DNA of 24,000 nt from an uncultured archaeon (GTDB lineage: Archaea > Asgardarchaeota > Heimdallarchaeia > Heimdallarchaeales > Kariarchaeaceae), in the NCBI GenBank assembly GCA_964600735.1, contig CAZRLL010000002.1, positions 1 through 24,000 on the forward strand, written 5' to 3'. Positions 1 through 8,020 of the stretch are shown here, piece after piece (the stretch's first letter is position 1; each line of letters opens with the position of its first letter). The notes beneath the pieces are model-generated. The model was not told the DNA's origin. It was given only the letters and a program-made list of their open reading frames with translations, and ran no database searches. The position numbers and the translations under genes are program-made.

Positions 1-295
1 TAATAGGCACCCCTATAAATCAAATAGTTGATTTTTTAAGTGCTGAATGTGAGATAAATCATTGATTGTTGTACATTTATAAAACTCATAATCAACCAAA
101 AAACTTAGTTTTCAATATTTATCTTATAGCGATATGAGATCGCGTCTAATTCTTCAGATTTAGGATTTTCCAGAATTTAATTTATTGGATTAATACTTAT
201 AAACATAAAAAATAAAGCTGTATTAATATAAATTAAAGCTCATACCAACTATTTTTTAACTGATAAAACAATAATAATATTAGGGCAATAAGAAA

Positions 296-829
296 ATGAG
301 TTTCGATCCCTTTGAAAATCTCCCGGATAATATAAAAGATGCAATTAAAGAGATATTACGTCGAATTGAGCACATAGATCCAGATGAAATTACGGAAATT
401 ATGTCTCAACTTTTGGGGAAGGACTTTATTGACAAGTTAAAAGATTTGATCAAAGGAGATAACAAAAATTTTGCTTTCCCATTAGATCCAAATATGGCAA
501 AAAATTTTGAAATTGTGTTAAAAGACCTTATTGGTGGCGAACCTAATACTGTAAGTCAGAATTATGAAACAATCGAGGAAGAAACACCTTATTATGAGAT
601 TATCCCCCCGACCGATCGACGTGGACAAATAGTTGTGGACCTTCCGGGTATAACAGATGTTCGACAAGTTTTTTGGAAAAGGGTAAATAATAATCTTGAA
701 TTAATAGCTTCTACATCAGGCATTAAATACAAAGTTAATATCCCACTCAGAGAAAAGTTGAAAATACTTGACATGTTCGCAGAAGTAAAAAATTCAGTAT
801 TGATTATACCTTTACAATTCAGCGATTAG
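296..829 (+). CDS. Small heat-shock protein-like (Hsp20/alpha-crystallin-type C-terminal domain) with an unassigned helical N-terminal half
   Basis: 177-aa ORF. The C-terminal ~90 aa (YYEIIPPTDRRGQIVVDLPGITDVRQVFWKRVNNNLELIAS..YKVNIPLREKL..AEVKNSVLIIPL) follows the alpha-crystallin pattern (VDLPG[VI]..., L.I.A, I.LP, NGVL.I.LP). The N-terminal half is acidic and helical with no recognisable family. Confidence 0.5.
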   Translation: MSFDPFENLPDNIKDAIKEILRRIEHIDPDEITEIMSQLLGKDFIDKLKDLIKGDNKNFAFPLDPNMAKNFEIVLKDLIGGEPNTVSQNYETIEEETPYYEIIPPTDRRGQIVVDLPGITDVRQVFWKRVNNNLELIASTSGIKYKVNIPLREKLKILDMFAEVKNSVLIIPLQFSD

Positions 830-861
830 AAATATTTGCATTGCAATATCTTGGTGTGACA

Positions 862-1410
862 ATGAATTTTATTTTGGATAAAATTAGTAAAAATCGCTCG
901 ATTAGTAATTTGCAGAAATATGATATTATTAAATTGTCTACTAATGATAATCAAATTGACTGTTATATGGTGTATGAAATTGAAAAGGATATGAACATAC
1001 CAGCTGTATTGCTTCAATTATGGAAATTTGAAGGAGGGTATGATCATATGTTTATTAATACATTGGAAAATGATCTGAACATAAATATACATGTTCCTGT
1101 GATGATACCCTTGAAAATATATGGAAAAATAAAAAAAATCACATCTTATCGACCCGAAAAATCGGGATTAACTGAAAAAGAGGAGTTTTTCTTTGATGTT
1201 TGGCCAAAATCAGAATCTCCCAAGATTGATAATGTCCATACATTACCATATAAATGCAAGATCACTTACCAAGATCAAATTAAGGAATTAATTTTACCGA
1301 GTTGGACACCCCTTCAAAAATTGCCCTTAGACAAAATAAAAATTGGCAGTGTTCTCGAAATTTGGGAAACAGATGACATTAGCACAATTGTTAAAGTCCA
1401 AAAACTGTAA
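862..1410 (+). CDS. Hypothetical protein, no recognisable family
   Basis: The long ORF is listed from a TTG at 841. The ATG at 862 is preceded by GGTGTGA (SD-like), so I prefer it. I recognised no motifs. It sits 12-33 nt downstream of the sHSP-like gene on the same strand. Confidence 0.4.
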   Translation: MNFILDKISKNRSISNLQKYDIIKLSTNDNQIDCYMVYEIEKDMNIPAVLLQLWKFEGGYDHMFINTLENDLNINIHVPVMIPLKIYGKIKKITSYRPEKSGLTEKEEFFFDVWPKSESPKIDNVHTLPYKCKITYQDQIKELILPSWTPLQKLPLDKIKIGSVLEIWETDDISTIVKVQKL

Positions 1411-1477
1411 TTATTAAAAAAGAAGGTTTTCAGGCCATTAAAGATATTAGATAGAATAAATTTCTTAGTATTGGTAA

Positions 1478-1882
1478 TTAACTGGCTAATATCCCTTTCA
1501 AGGGTTCTGCAAAATCACGTATAGTGTTTAGAGTGATTCCTACAGAATGGAGTTCTTTAGAAGCACCAATAAGTATATGTTCACCTGCAGTAACCAATAT
1601 TGTAAAACCAATTTCACCTCTAATTAACATTGCTTGTAGTTGACCATGATTCATCCTAGAGGTTACCATCGTTCCAGTAGACATCACTGCGGCGGATATT
1701 GCAGATAATAAATCTGGATCAGCACCTGCTTGTACAAAAAATGCGAGCGTTATACCCTCCCGAGTGATGATTCCTAACGCTTCTAATTCACATTGTTTTG
1801 AGATAGATGTAAGGAGTTTTACCAATTCTTGTTTTTGTTTTGCATTAATCTCTGTGGACATCCGATATCTATTTCTTTTCAT
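1478..1882 (-). CDS. Roadblock/LC7 (MglB-like) domain protein
   Basis: The core QELVKLLTSISKQCELEALGIITREGITLAFFVQAGADPDLLSAISAAVMSTGTMVTSRMNHGQLQAMLIRGEIGFTILVTAGEHILIGASKE matches the Robl/LC7 alpha-beta-alpha pattern (gv.ga.lv..dGl.la..., then i......l......g..L.v.a). The start is uncertain: TTG 1924, ATG 1882 or ATG 1861. The N-terminus is a short basic extension. Confidence 0.65.
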   Translation of the reverse strand: MKRNRYRMSTEINAKQKQELVKLLTSISKQCELEALGIITREGITLAFFVQAGADPDLLSAISAAVMSTGTMVTSRMNHGQLQAMLIRGEIGFTILVTAGEHILIGASKELHSVGITLNTIRDFAEPLKGILAS

Positions 1883-2051
1883 ACTAGGTTTAGTATTTTT
1901 TCTTGAACCATATTGAGGATTCAATTAAAAATTGTTTAATTAAGGTGATTTTTGCATGATATCAATAAACGTTATTTCTTGAAATCCCATCTAAATCTGA
2001 GATGACATGTCATGTATCCAAAAGACAATAAATATTTATAAGAAAAAATAG

Positions 2052-2126
2052 TGGGCCCGGCCAGATTTGAACTGGCGACCTTCTCGGTGTAAACGAGACG
2101 TTATAACCAGGCTAAACCACGAGCCC
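2052..2126 (-). tRNA. tRNA-Val (anticodon TAC), no intron
   Basis: The minus-strand read GGGCTCG TG GTTTAGCCTGGTTATAAC G TCTCG TTTACAC CGAGA AGGTC GCCAG TTCAAAT CTGGC CGGGCCC A folds as a cloverleaf. It has a 7-bp acceptor stem (one G-U), a 5-bp anticodon stem and the loop TT-TAC-AC. A T-run follows on the minus strand. Confidence 0.85.
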
Positions 2127-2449
2127 TTTTTTTGCAAATTAACTTAACTACATTGTTGAAATCAAATATTAAGTTATTAAAATTCACGTTTTAAAACAAA
2201 AATTTGAAGGGAGTTGTCATTTAATTATTAGAACAGAATTGTATTATTTTCACGTTTTGATTTCAATTATTGATTATGGATTAATAATTTGACTAAATTT
2301 TTTTTCTAAGGCCAATGTTACCTCAATTATGTTCATGGATATATTTTTTGAGCATATTTTATAATGTGCAAGACATTACCTAGAAACTTAAAACTAAAAA
2401 AAAGAAAAGAAAATTAGTTTATAATTTAAAGATATGCTATAAACTACTC

Positions 2450-2554
2450 GCCCCGATGGTGTAGCCAGGCCAATCATCCTACAATGTATATGCATTTGGG
2501 ATTGAATTTTGGGCTTTCATCCCAAAGACTCGGGTTCAAATCCCGGTCGGGGCA
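2450..2554 (+). tRNA. tRNA-Glu (anticodon TTC) interrupted by a ~30-nt intron at a non-canonical position (5' of the anticodon stem)
   Basis: The acceptor stem is GCCCCGA...TCGGGGC plus discriminator A. The D-arm is GGTGTAGCCAGGCCAATCAT, as in archaeal tRNA-Glu. The anticodon stem-loop is TTGGG-CTTTCAT-CCCAA (2509-2525, anticodon 2516-2518) and the T-arm is TCGGG TTCAAAT CCCGG. About 31 extra nt (about 2478-2508) lie between the D-arm and the anticodon stem. I did not resolve the exact junctions. Confidence 0.75.
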
Positions 2555-2570
2555 TTCTTTTGTTTTTGTT
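2555..2570 (+). terminator. T-rich archaeal-type terminator after tRNA-Glu
   Basis: TTCTTTTGTTTTTGTT lies immediately 3' of the tRNA discriminator base. Oligo-T tracts are the usual archaeal termination signal. Confidence 0.4.
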
Positions 2571-2642
2571 AATAATTAAATTGAATGCCCCATGGCGGTT
2601 AAAAATCATAATTGGAACAATTTGTTATCAATTAGAATAATA

Positions 2643-2733
2643 TGGGCCTGGTGAGATTTGAACTCACGACGAACCGGTGTCTCAATGAAAAATTATGAGC
2701 CAGCCACTCTAACCAGGCTGAGTTACAGGCCCT
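2643..2733 (-). tRNA. tRNA-Met (anticodon CAT; elongator type, or tRNA-Ile2 if C34 is modified) with a ~15-nt canonical 37/38 intron
   Basis: The minus-strand read is GGGCCTG TA ACTC AGCCTGGTTA GAGT G GCTGG CTCATA[ATTTTTCATTGAGAC]A CCGGT TCGTC GTGAG TTCAAAT CTCAC CAGGCCC A. The acceptor, D and T stems are perfect. The insert (about 2679-2693) lies directly 3' of the anticodon. It is not initiator-like: it lacks the AGCGGG 5' end and the three G-C pairs at the anticodon stem. Confidence 0.75.
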
Positions 2734-2936
2734 AGAGCGGTCAATTTGATAATTGACTAATTTTATATAATTATTCAATCACTTAAAAATTATGATTGGG
2801 TCTTGTTAACCCAACTTCAAAGGTTTTATATTGAATTGTTAAAAATCTACTTTATAATCATTATGTATTGATGATCCAGAATGAATTGTATTCTAATAAC
2901 AAGTTTTTTACATTTAGTATATATTAATCAATTTGG

Positions 2937-3284
2937 ATGGAATTTTGCGAAGAATGCGATTCATTATTGTTACCCAAAAAAATAAACAACCGAGTTGTTC
3001 CATTTTGTCCCGATTGTAATGAGAGCAAAGAAGAGGGGAAGCTAGGTAAGATTTCTTTTGAAGATGATGAAAGAAAAAAGGATCCTGAAGGTGGAAAATT
3101 ACTTGTGATAGAGAGTGATTCAAATGCGGTTGTTGGTAGACCAAGAAAAGATATGTTATGTCCAAAATGTCAATCTATCCAAGAAATCGAATATTGGGAA
3201 ATACAGACACGAAGTGCAGATGAAGCCCCTACACGCTTCTTCAGGTGTATGAATTGCGACAAAAACTGGAGAGAATACGATTAA
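2937..3284 (+). CDS. tfs: Transcription factor S (TFS; TFIIS/RpoM-like transcript cleavage factor)
   Basis: The N-terminal Zn-ribbon is CEECDS...CPDC. The C-terminal TFIIS-type Zn-ribbon is CPKC...(QTRSADEAPT acidic hairpin)...RCMNCDKNW. The 115-aa length is typical. Confidence 0.9.
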   Translation: MEFCEECDSLLLPKKINNRVVPFCPDCNESKEEGKLGKISFEDDERKKDPEGGKLLVIESDSNAVVGRPRKDMLCPKCQSIQEIEYWEIQTRSADEAPTRFFRCMNCDKNWREYD

Positions 3285-3303
3285 AAGATTGTAGGGTGAA
3301 GAT

Positions 3304-3633
3304 ATGACATCCCGCGTAAGACCTAAACCTTCAATAGATTTTACGATAATTGATATACCTGAGGGAAATTCATCTATCAGAATAATTTCATCGGTAGTAG
3401 TGTGTTCAGGTAATTTCCTTATCTTAAATGATGGTACAAGTCAAATTACAATAGCGCTTGGACCATATCATTGTTCTCAATTTTCTATAGGTAAGTTATA
3501 CCGTTTTATCATTTCAATTACCAAATTAGAGGATAAAATTGAGGGGATTTTGATATCTTACAACAGTATTACAAAAAATCAAGCCCAACGATATAAAAGA
3601 TTGGTAAGACTTGAAAAACGAAATCAAAAGTAA
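3304..3633 (+). CDS. Small beta-rich hypothetical protein, possibly OB-fold; likely co-transcribed with tfs
   Basis: 109-aa ORF starting 20 nt after the tfs stop, with GGGTGA (3294-3299) 4 nt upstream of the ATG. The alternating hydrophobic beta-strand pattern (IRIISSVVVCSGNFLILNDGTSQITIAL...LYRFIISITKLEDKIEGILISY) resembles small OB-fold proteins. I have no firm family assignment. Confidence 0.4.
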   Translation: MTSRVRPKPSIDFTIIDIPEGNSSIRIISSVVVCSGNFLILNDGTSQITIALGPYHCSQFSIGKLYRFIISITKLEDKIEGILISYNSITKNQAQRYKRLVRLEKRNQK

Positions 3634-3677
3634 TGAATTATTAATAATTAAATTATTAGTCAAATGAGGTTCTATTA

Positions 3678-4511
3678 ATGACTGTAAAAATTTTTCTTGA
3701 TCAAGGCAAATTGATGAAAACGATTGTTGATGCGATGGTTTCAGTATCAGAAGATGTCACCATAGAGATAAGCGAAAACGGTTTTCGGGCTCAGGCAAGG
3801 GATATCGGAAATGCAATTGTGGTGGATACATTTCTGGATAAGCAAATATTTTCTAAAATTGATGCTCCATCATCAGGGATTTTTCACATTGATTTAGAAG
3901 ATTTTTCAGATTTTATAAAAACATCAAAAAGTGACGATTCCTTGAAAATTGAGGATAATACTGATAGAGGAACTCTAGATCTGGAGCTAAAATCATCAGA
4001 AATTACAAAACGCATACAATTGAGGTTAAACGACGTAAAAAACCATAGATTTATGAAAATTATTGACCGAAAATTCTTATCTGGTTGCGAGATGGATGCA
4101 GGTTTATTTGCAGATGCGGTTAAAGCTGCAGAATTGGGTGATGAACATGTTACATTAACTCATGATAAAGAAAAATTACATTTTACCGCTGCCTCAAATA
4201 CACGTTCTGCAGAAGCAACTATACATTATATCGATAATAACAAAGTTGGAAATGTAAATTTCGAAACTGGGACCTATCAAAACCGAAGTGGTGATACAGT
4301 GCAAATACCTGAAGTTCACGAAGCTACCTTTGGTTTGAAGTTTCTTAAACGAATATCAAAAATAGGAAGATCAGGTCAAACACTAAAATTAAGTATGACT
4401 AATAGTGAACCGTTAAGGATCATATACACTATTGATGATGAAGATAATGAAGAACAGGGGTATGTTGCATTTGCTGTGGCTCCCAGAGTTCTTGAAGATG
4501 ACATCATGTAA
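3678..4511 (+). CDS. pcn: DNA polymerase sliding clamp PCNA
   Basis: The N-terminus (...LMKTIVDAMVSVSEDVTIEISENGFRAQARDIGNAIVVDTFLDKQIF) and C-terminus (YVAFAVAPRVLEDD) match the PCNA pattern (GI...amD.shValv.l.l / f.lAPrie). At 277 aa it is slightly longer than usual because of an insertion in the C-terminal half. The SD-like TGAGGT lies 7 nt upstream. Confidence 0.85.
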   Translation: MTVKIFLDQGKLMKTIVDAMVSVSEDVTIEISENGFRAQARDIGNAIVVDTFLDKQIFSKIDAPSSGIFHIDLEDFSDFIKTSKSDDSLKIEDNTDRGTLDLELKSSEITKRIQLRLNDVKNHRFMKIIDRKFLSGCEMDAGLFADAVKAAELGDEHVTLTHDKEKLHFTAASNTRSAEATIHYIDNNKVGNVNFETGTYQNRSGDTVQIPEVHEATFGLKFLKRISKIGRSGQTLKLSMTNSEPLRIIYTIDDEDNEEQGYVAFAVAPRVLEDDIM

Positions 4512-4543
4512 TAAAAATATAGAAAATTAGGGAAATTGGTTAT

Positions 4544-5095
4544 ATGACTATTTATGAAATATTGGTTGCTTCATGGAAAAGGGAAAAAGAGGGATTGCAA
4601 TTAAATACGATGGATACTAATTTTTTTGAAAAATGTAGGGCCTACATTAACCACCTTGAAACGCAAGCAAGTAGTGAAACAGACATTTCAATAGCAAAAT
4701 TATTTAATAATCGATGGGTACGAGTTAACTATCTATTTAACGATCTAATTACTCTTAGATTACAAAAACAATTTCAAATTATCATTAATGGAGATAAATC
4801 ACCCAGTCCAATTCCCTTTGAGGAAGAGCATTTGAGAAATCAACTGATCAATTTACTTTTAACATATAGAGATGAAGTCATCGGGATTAAAACAAAAATT
4901 CAAAATGAGAATGATCAAGATGAAGGTGACAATTATGAATTGGTTCATTTTTCTCAAAATGAGAATTTGCAAACGGTAGGAGTCGATTTAAGAAAATATG
5001 GACCTTTTGAAAAAGGTGATTTGGCAATTATACCAAAAGAAAATATGAGATACTTCATGAAAAGATCTAAAGTAGATCACATCAAAATCGATTAA
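4544..5095 (+). CDS. GINS complex subunit, Gins51 (Gins15)-type
   Basis: The A-domain is at the N-terminus (YEILVASWKREKEGLQLNTMDTNFFEKCRAYINHL...LITLRLQKQ). The small beta B-domain is at the C-terminus (ELVHFSQNENLQTVGVDLRKYGPFEKGDLAIIPKENMRYFMKRSKVDHI). That A-then-B order marks the Gins51 family. It lies adjacent to PCNA. Confidence 0.7.
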   Translation: MTIYEILVASWKREKEGLQLNTMDTNFFEKCRAYINHLETQASSETDISIAKLFNNRWVRVNYLFNDLITLRLQKQFQIIINGDKSPSPIPFEEEHLRNQLINLLLTYRDEVIGIKTKIQNENDQDEGDNYELVHFSQNENLQTVGVDLRKYGPFEKGDLAIIPKENMRYFMKRSKVDHIKID

Positions 5096-5175
5096 TAATT
5101 AATAGTCTGTTTAGAGTTATAATTATAGCCGCCATGATAATAAATTATAGACTCTAATAGCTCTTATTCTTTTAT

Positions 5176-5196
5176 ATTTGTTTTTTTCTTTTTATC
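5176..5196 (+). terminator. T-rich terminator region downstream of GINS
   Basis: The TTTGTTTTTTTCTTTTT tract lies in the convergent intergenic region. Confidence 0.3.
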
Positions 5197-5241
5197 TACA
5201 GAAATTTATCATAGGCAGTTGAATTATTAATTATCCTAAAT

Positions 5242-5433
5242 TTAATTTAATATATCTATAACCTCTGCATGTAAACGAGCTTTACCACCCATTGGTTCGG
5301 CGATTAGTGCATTGCAATCATTTGATGAGCATTCAATTTTTGTTTTTGCGTGATCAAAAACTATCATCTCATTTTCACACTCGGAACATTTTACTCTAAG
5401 AAAACTGGAATTGGGTTTTGGGATCAAATTCAT
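5242..5433 (-). CDS. rps27e: Ribosomal protein eS27 (S27e)
   Basis: 63 aa with the C4 zinc ribbon FLRVKCSECENEMIVFDHAKTKIECSSNDCNALIAEPMGGKARL, which is characteristic of S27e. Confidence 0.9.
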   Translation of the reverse strand: MNLIPKPNSSFLRVKCSECENEMIVFDHAKTKIECSSNDCNALIAEPMGGKARLHAEVIDILN

Positions 5434-5692
5434 AATTCAAAAATGAACTTTTAGCAATTAAATCTATAGATAACGCGTCAAGTACGAAAAGAATTTTCCG
5501 TTTGAATTGATACGAATTAAGTCAGGAAACCCTAATTATCAAATGGGATAATTATTTAACAAGTTAGTAAAGGATTTAAAATAATATAGATAATGATGTT
5601 GGATGTAATCACATGGTGTTTGGATTCAATAATAATATATGCTGTAAACCAATACCTAATTAACCTCATTGTGTCTTTTAATTTAATGTAAT

Positions 5693-7186
5693 ATGTCTCT
5701 GGAAATAACTCCTCTTAGATTAATTATGTTTACATCAGAAACTTGTGTATACTGTCCACCAATTGAAACAATAGTGAGAGAAGTTGTTGGATCTGGTATG
5801 CAGGATCTGGTTCATGTATCAACAATTGATATTGACGATGATCATGAAGCTAGTTCTCGATATCAAATTCAATCTCTTCCAACCTTAGTCATAAATGATG
5901 AAATTGTCTTGCAGGGTGGAATGGATGATGATTCAGTTAGAGATCTATTGTGGTCAACATTATTAAATCAAGCGATAACTTCAGAACAGGCAATTACGTT
6001 GACGAAAAATTCTTTACTTGCACTTACTATGAACGCAATGGATTCTCTCAATGGTTCAAAAGTATTAAGACCATCGGTAGGAGACTATACTCATATCGGT
6101 GTATTTCAGCAATATCTTTTGAGTCTTTATAGCTTAGATCCATTAATTCCACATTTGTTGTACAAAGCAGGCTATCAATTGGGAATGTTTGGGATGATGC
6201 ATCATGTGTTGACATTACTCAATCCTAAACTTGGCAGAACCCCTAAAAGAGATCTAAGATTCAAACACTTAGCCTATGCTTTAACTCTCTATTTTTCGGA
6301 TAGGGAGATTCTTCCAACATTACTTGCAGAATCTGCGAACGTTGTTAAAATTACAGACACCCAGATAGATCTCCGAGTAAATGACATGGCTTCAGCGTCT
6401 ATTAGGATCGATGTAGGTGAACCCATGTGTGGATTTTTTGCTGGACAACTTGCTGGAGTTACTGCTGCGGTTATGGGGATGTCTGGAACTGCTGCTAGTT
6501 GTGAAGAATTAATTTGTATGGCTAATGGTGGTGAATATTGTCTATTCCAAATATCTATTGCTGGGGAAGAATTAGCAGAAAAACCACTTCCTCCACTTGA
6601 AAATAAGGAGGAACGTGCAGGAAGGAGGCAAAACTTCTATGAAGTCATTCATGAAATGACAAATATTATTCAAGATAGTAATTTGATGATTAAAACTCAA
6701 CGAGTTAAAGTTAGAGACTTCATTCACATATCTGTTTTACAACCAATAATAATATCAATTAAATTCCTAGATAGATTTTCAGGGACAATTTTGTATAATG
6801 GAGGAAAAGAATTGGGAGTATTTGGACCGGGGAAACAGTTACTAATTCGATTGGTTCAAGAGGAAGGAATACAAGTTCCCGTGCCTCTAGAAAAAGCTGT
6901 AAATCTATTATTGGCATATTTAAGACACCCGACAACCATGCTTGGGAGAGAACATGGTCTAGTTAGGCTGAATCACGAAGACGATGACAGTTATACCTTA
7001 GAAATTGATGATAGTGTAAGTATCGCCGGAATGCAGACAGCAGAACTTAATAAAACATTTTGTGATTTTCAAGCTGGATTTATTGCTGGTAGATTATATA
7101 TTCTTGTTGGAAAGGATCCAATAGTGAAAGAAATAGAGTGCCAAGGAACTGGACATCAAACTTGCAAATATCGAATTACGGTTTAA
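5693..7186 (+). CDS. Fusion protein: N-terminal thioredoxin/glutaredoxin-like domain (CVYC) followed by two V4R (4-vinyl-reductase / Bet3-like) domains
   Basis: The Trx-fold signature is RLIMFTSETCVYCPP...SLPTLVIND (CxxC at 5744-5755). There are two copies of the V4R C-terminal signature: CGFFAGQLAGV...CEELICMANGGEYCLFQISI and CDFQAGFIAGRL...IECQGTGHQTCKYRITV. Confidence 0.7.
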   Translation: MSLEITPLRLIMFTSETCVYCPPIETIVREVVGSGMQDLVHVSTIDIDDDHEASSRYQIQSLPTLVINDEIVLQGGMDDDSVRDLLWSTLLNQAITSEQAITLTKNSLLALTMNAMDSLNGSKVLRPSVGDYTHIGVFQQYLLSLYSLDPLIPHLLYKAGYQLGMFGMMHHVLTLLNPKLGRTPKRDLRFKHLAYALTLYFSDREILPTLLAESANVVKITDTQIDLRVNDMASASIRIDVGEPMCGFFAGQLAGVTAAVMGMSGTAASCEELICMANGGEYCLFQISIAGEELAEKPLPPLENKEERAGRRQNFYEVIHEMTNIIQDSNLMIKTQRVKVRDFIHISVLQPIIISIKFLDRFSGTILYNGGKELGVFGPGKQLLIRLVQEEGIQVPVPLEKAVNLLLAYLRHPTTMLGREHGLVRLNHEDDDSYTLEIDDSVSIAGMQTAELNKTFCDFQAGFIAGRLYILVGKDPIVKEIECQGTGHQTCKYRITV

Positions 7187-7401
7187 ACGGATATTTTTAA
7201 TAAATCAAATATTAAATAAAATAATTAAATTTAATTTTGATATCCGAACTTTAAATGTTAATGATATCATCATTATTTTTTCACTTTCATTATTATTAAA
7301 GAAAAAATGATAAAATACCTTATTTTCCAATTGAATAGCATACCAGAGCTGATATTAATGAATAATCATTTAAACTATGAATCACAAATAGTTATGTAAG
7401 C

Positions 7402-7770
7402 ATGGCCCGCCGTCGTAAAAGATCATTCGATAGTTTGGATGATCTGCTACCTAATGAATTAATTGAATCAACAAGTGGCTCGACTGTGGTAGAACTTAAA
7501 GCAATTGTGAATCAACTTGAAAAACAAATGCAAGATATGATTGATAAATATGAGAAGCAAATTGAACAACTATCTGAAAGATTAGAATCAATCGAAAGTG
7601 ATTTTGGTCAAGTTGTTGAGACACTAAAATCACCTGATGCTTCTTCAGGGGGTCAATCTATTCCTTCTAGTCCGGTTAGTAGTTCAATGCCGCCACCAGC
7701 AGCAGCCACTACACCACCATCAACCACTCCCCCACCATCAGGGGGACCCAAACCTCCATCTTTAGGTTAA
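7402..7770 (+). CDS. Hypothetical coiled-coil protein with a Pro/Ser/Thr-rich low-complexity tail
   Basis: 122 aa. It has a basic N-terminus (MARRRKR), a heptad-like stretch (LKAIVNQLEKQMQDMIDKYEKQIEQLSERLESIESDF), then SSMPPPAAATTPPSTTPPPSGGPKPPSLG. That tail is encoded by a locally GC-rich patch (~7688-7760). I saw no SD, and coding status rests on ORF length only. Confidence 0.4.
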   Translation: MARRRKRSFDSLDDLLPNELIESTSGSTVVELKAIVNQLEKQMQDMIDKYEKQIEQLSERLESIESDFGQVVETLKSPDASSGGQSIPSSPVSSSMPPPAAATTPPSTTPPPSGGPKPPSLG

Positions 7771-8020
7771 CTTTCAAATCATCACAATGTAAAATAGAAA
7801 ATTAATTAATTATATCAATTAATGAATGTTTAATTTTTTATAAGGCTTCAATCAAAATTATTTCATTGGAAAATTATCGCCAAAATTTTTAATATCTAAA
7901 AATTACCCAGATAGTTATCCTAACAGTTATAGATTACAAAATGTTGGAGTTAATATTGGGTAATCGATCTTTGGAGATTAGTTAATCCCATCCTTTCTGA
8001 CCATTTTCGGACGGTACTAG

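Noticed and set aside
5471-5480. TAACGCGTCA (5471-5480) and its exact reverse complement TGACGCGTTA (21601-21610), as possible inverted repeats or MluI-box-like regulatory sites
   Set aside because: Hundreds of 10-mer matches in either orientation are expected by chance across a 24-kb window. Neither copy has flanking similarity or a mobile-element context.
7680-7767. P(T/S)AP, PPxY or YPxL late-domain motif in the proline-rich tail of the 7402-7770 ORF
   Set aside because: No exact motif is present; the closest are PPSTTPP and PPPSGGP. It is kept only as a low-interest speculation.
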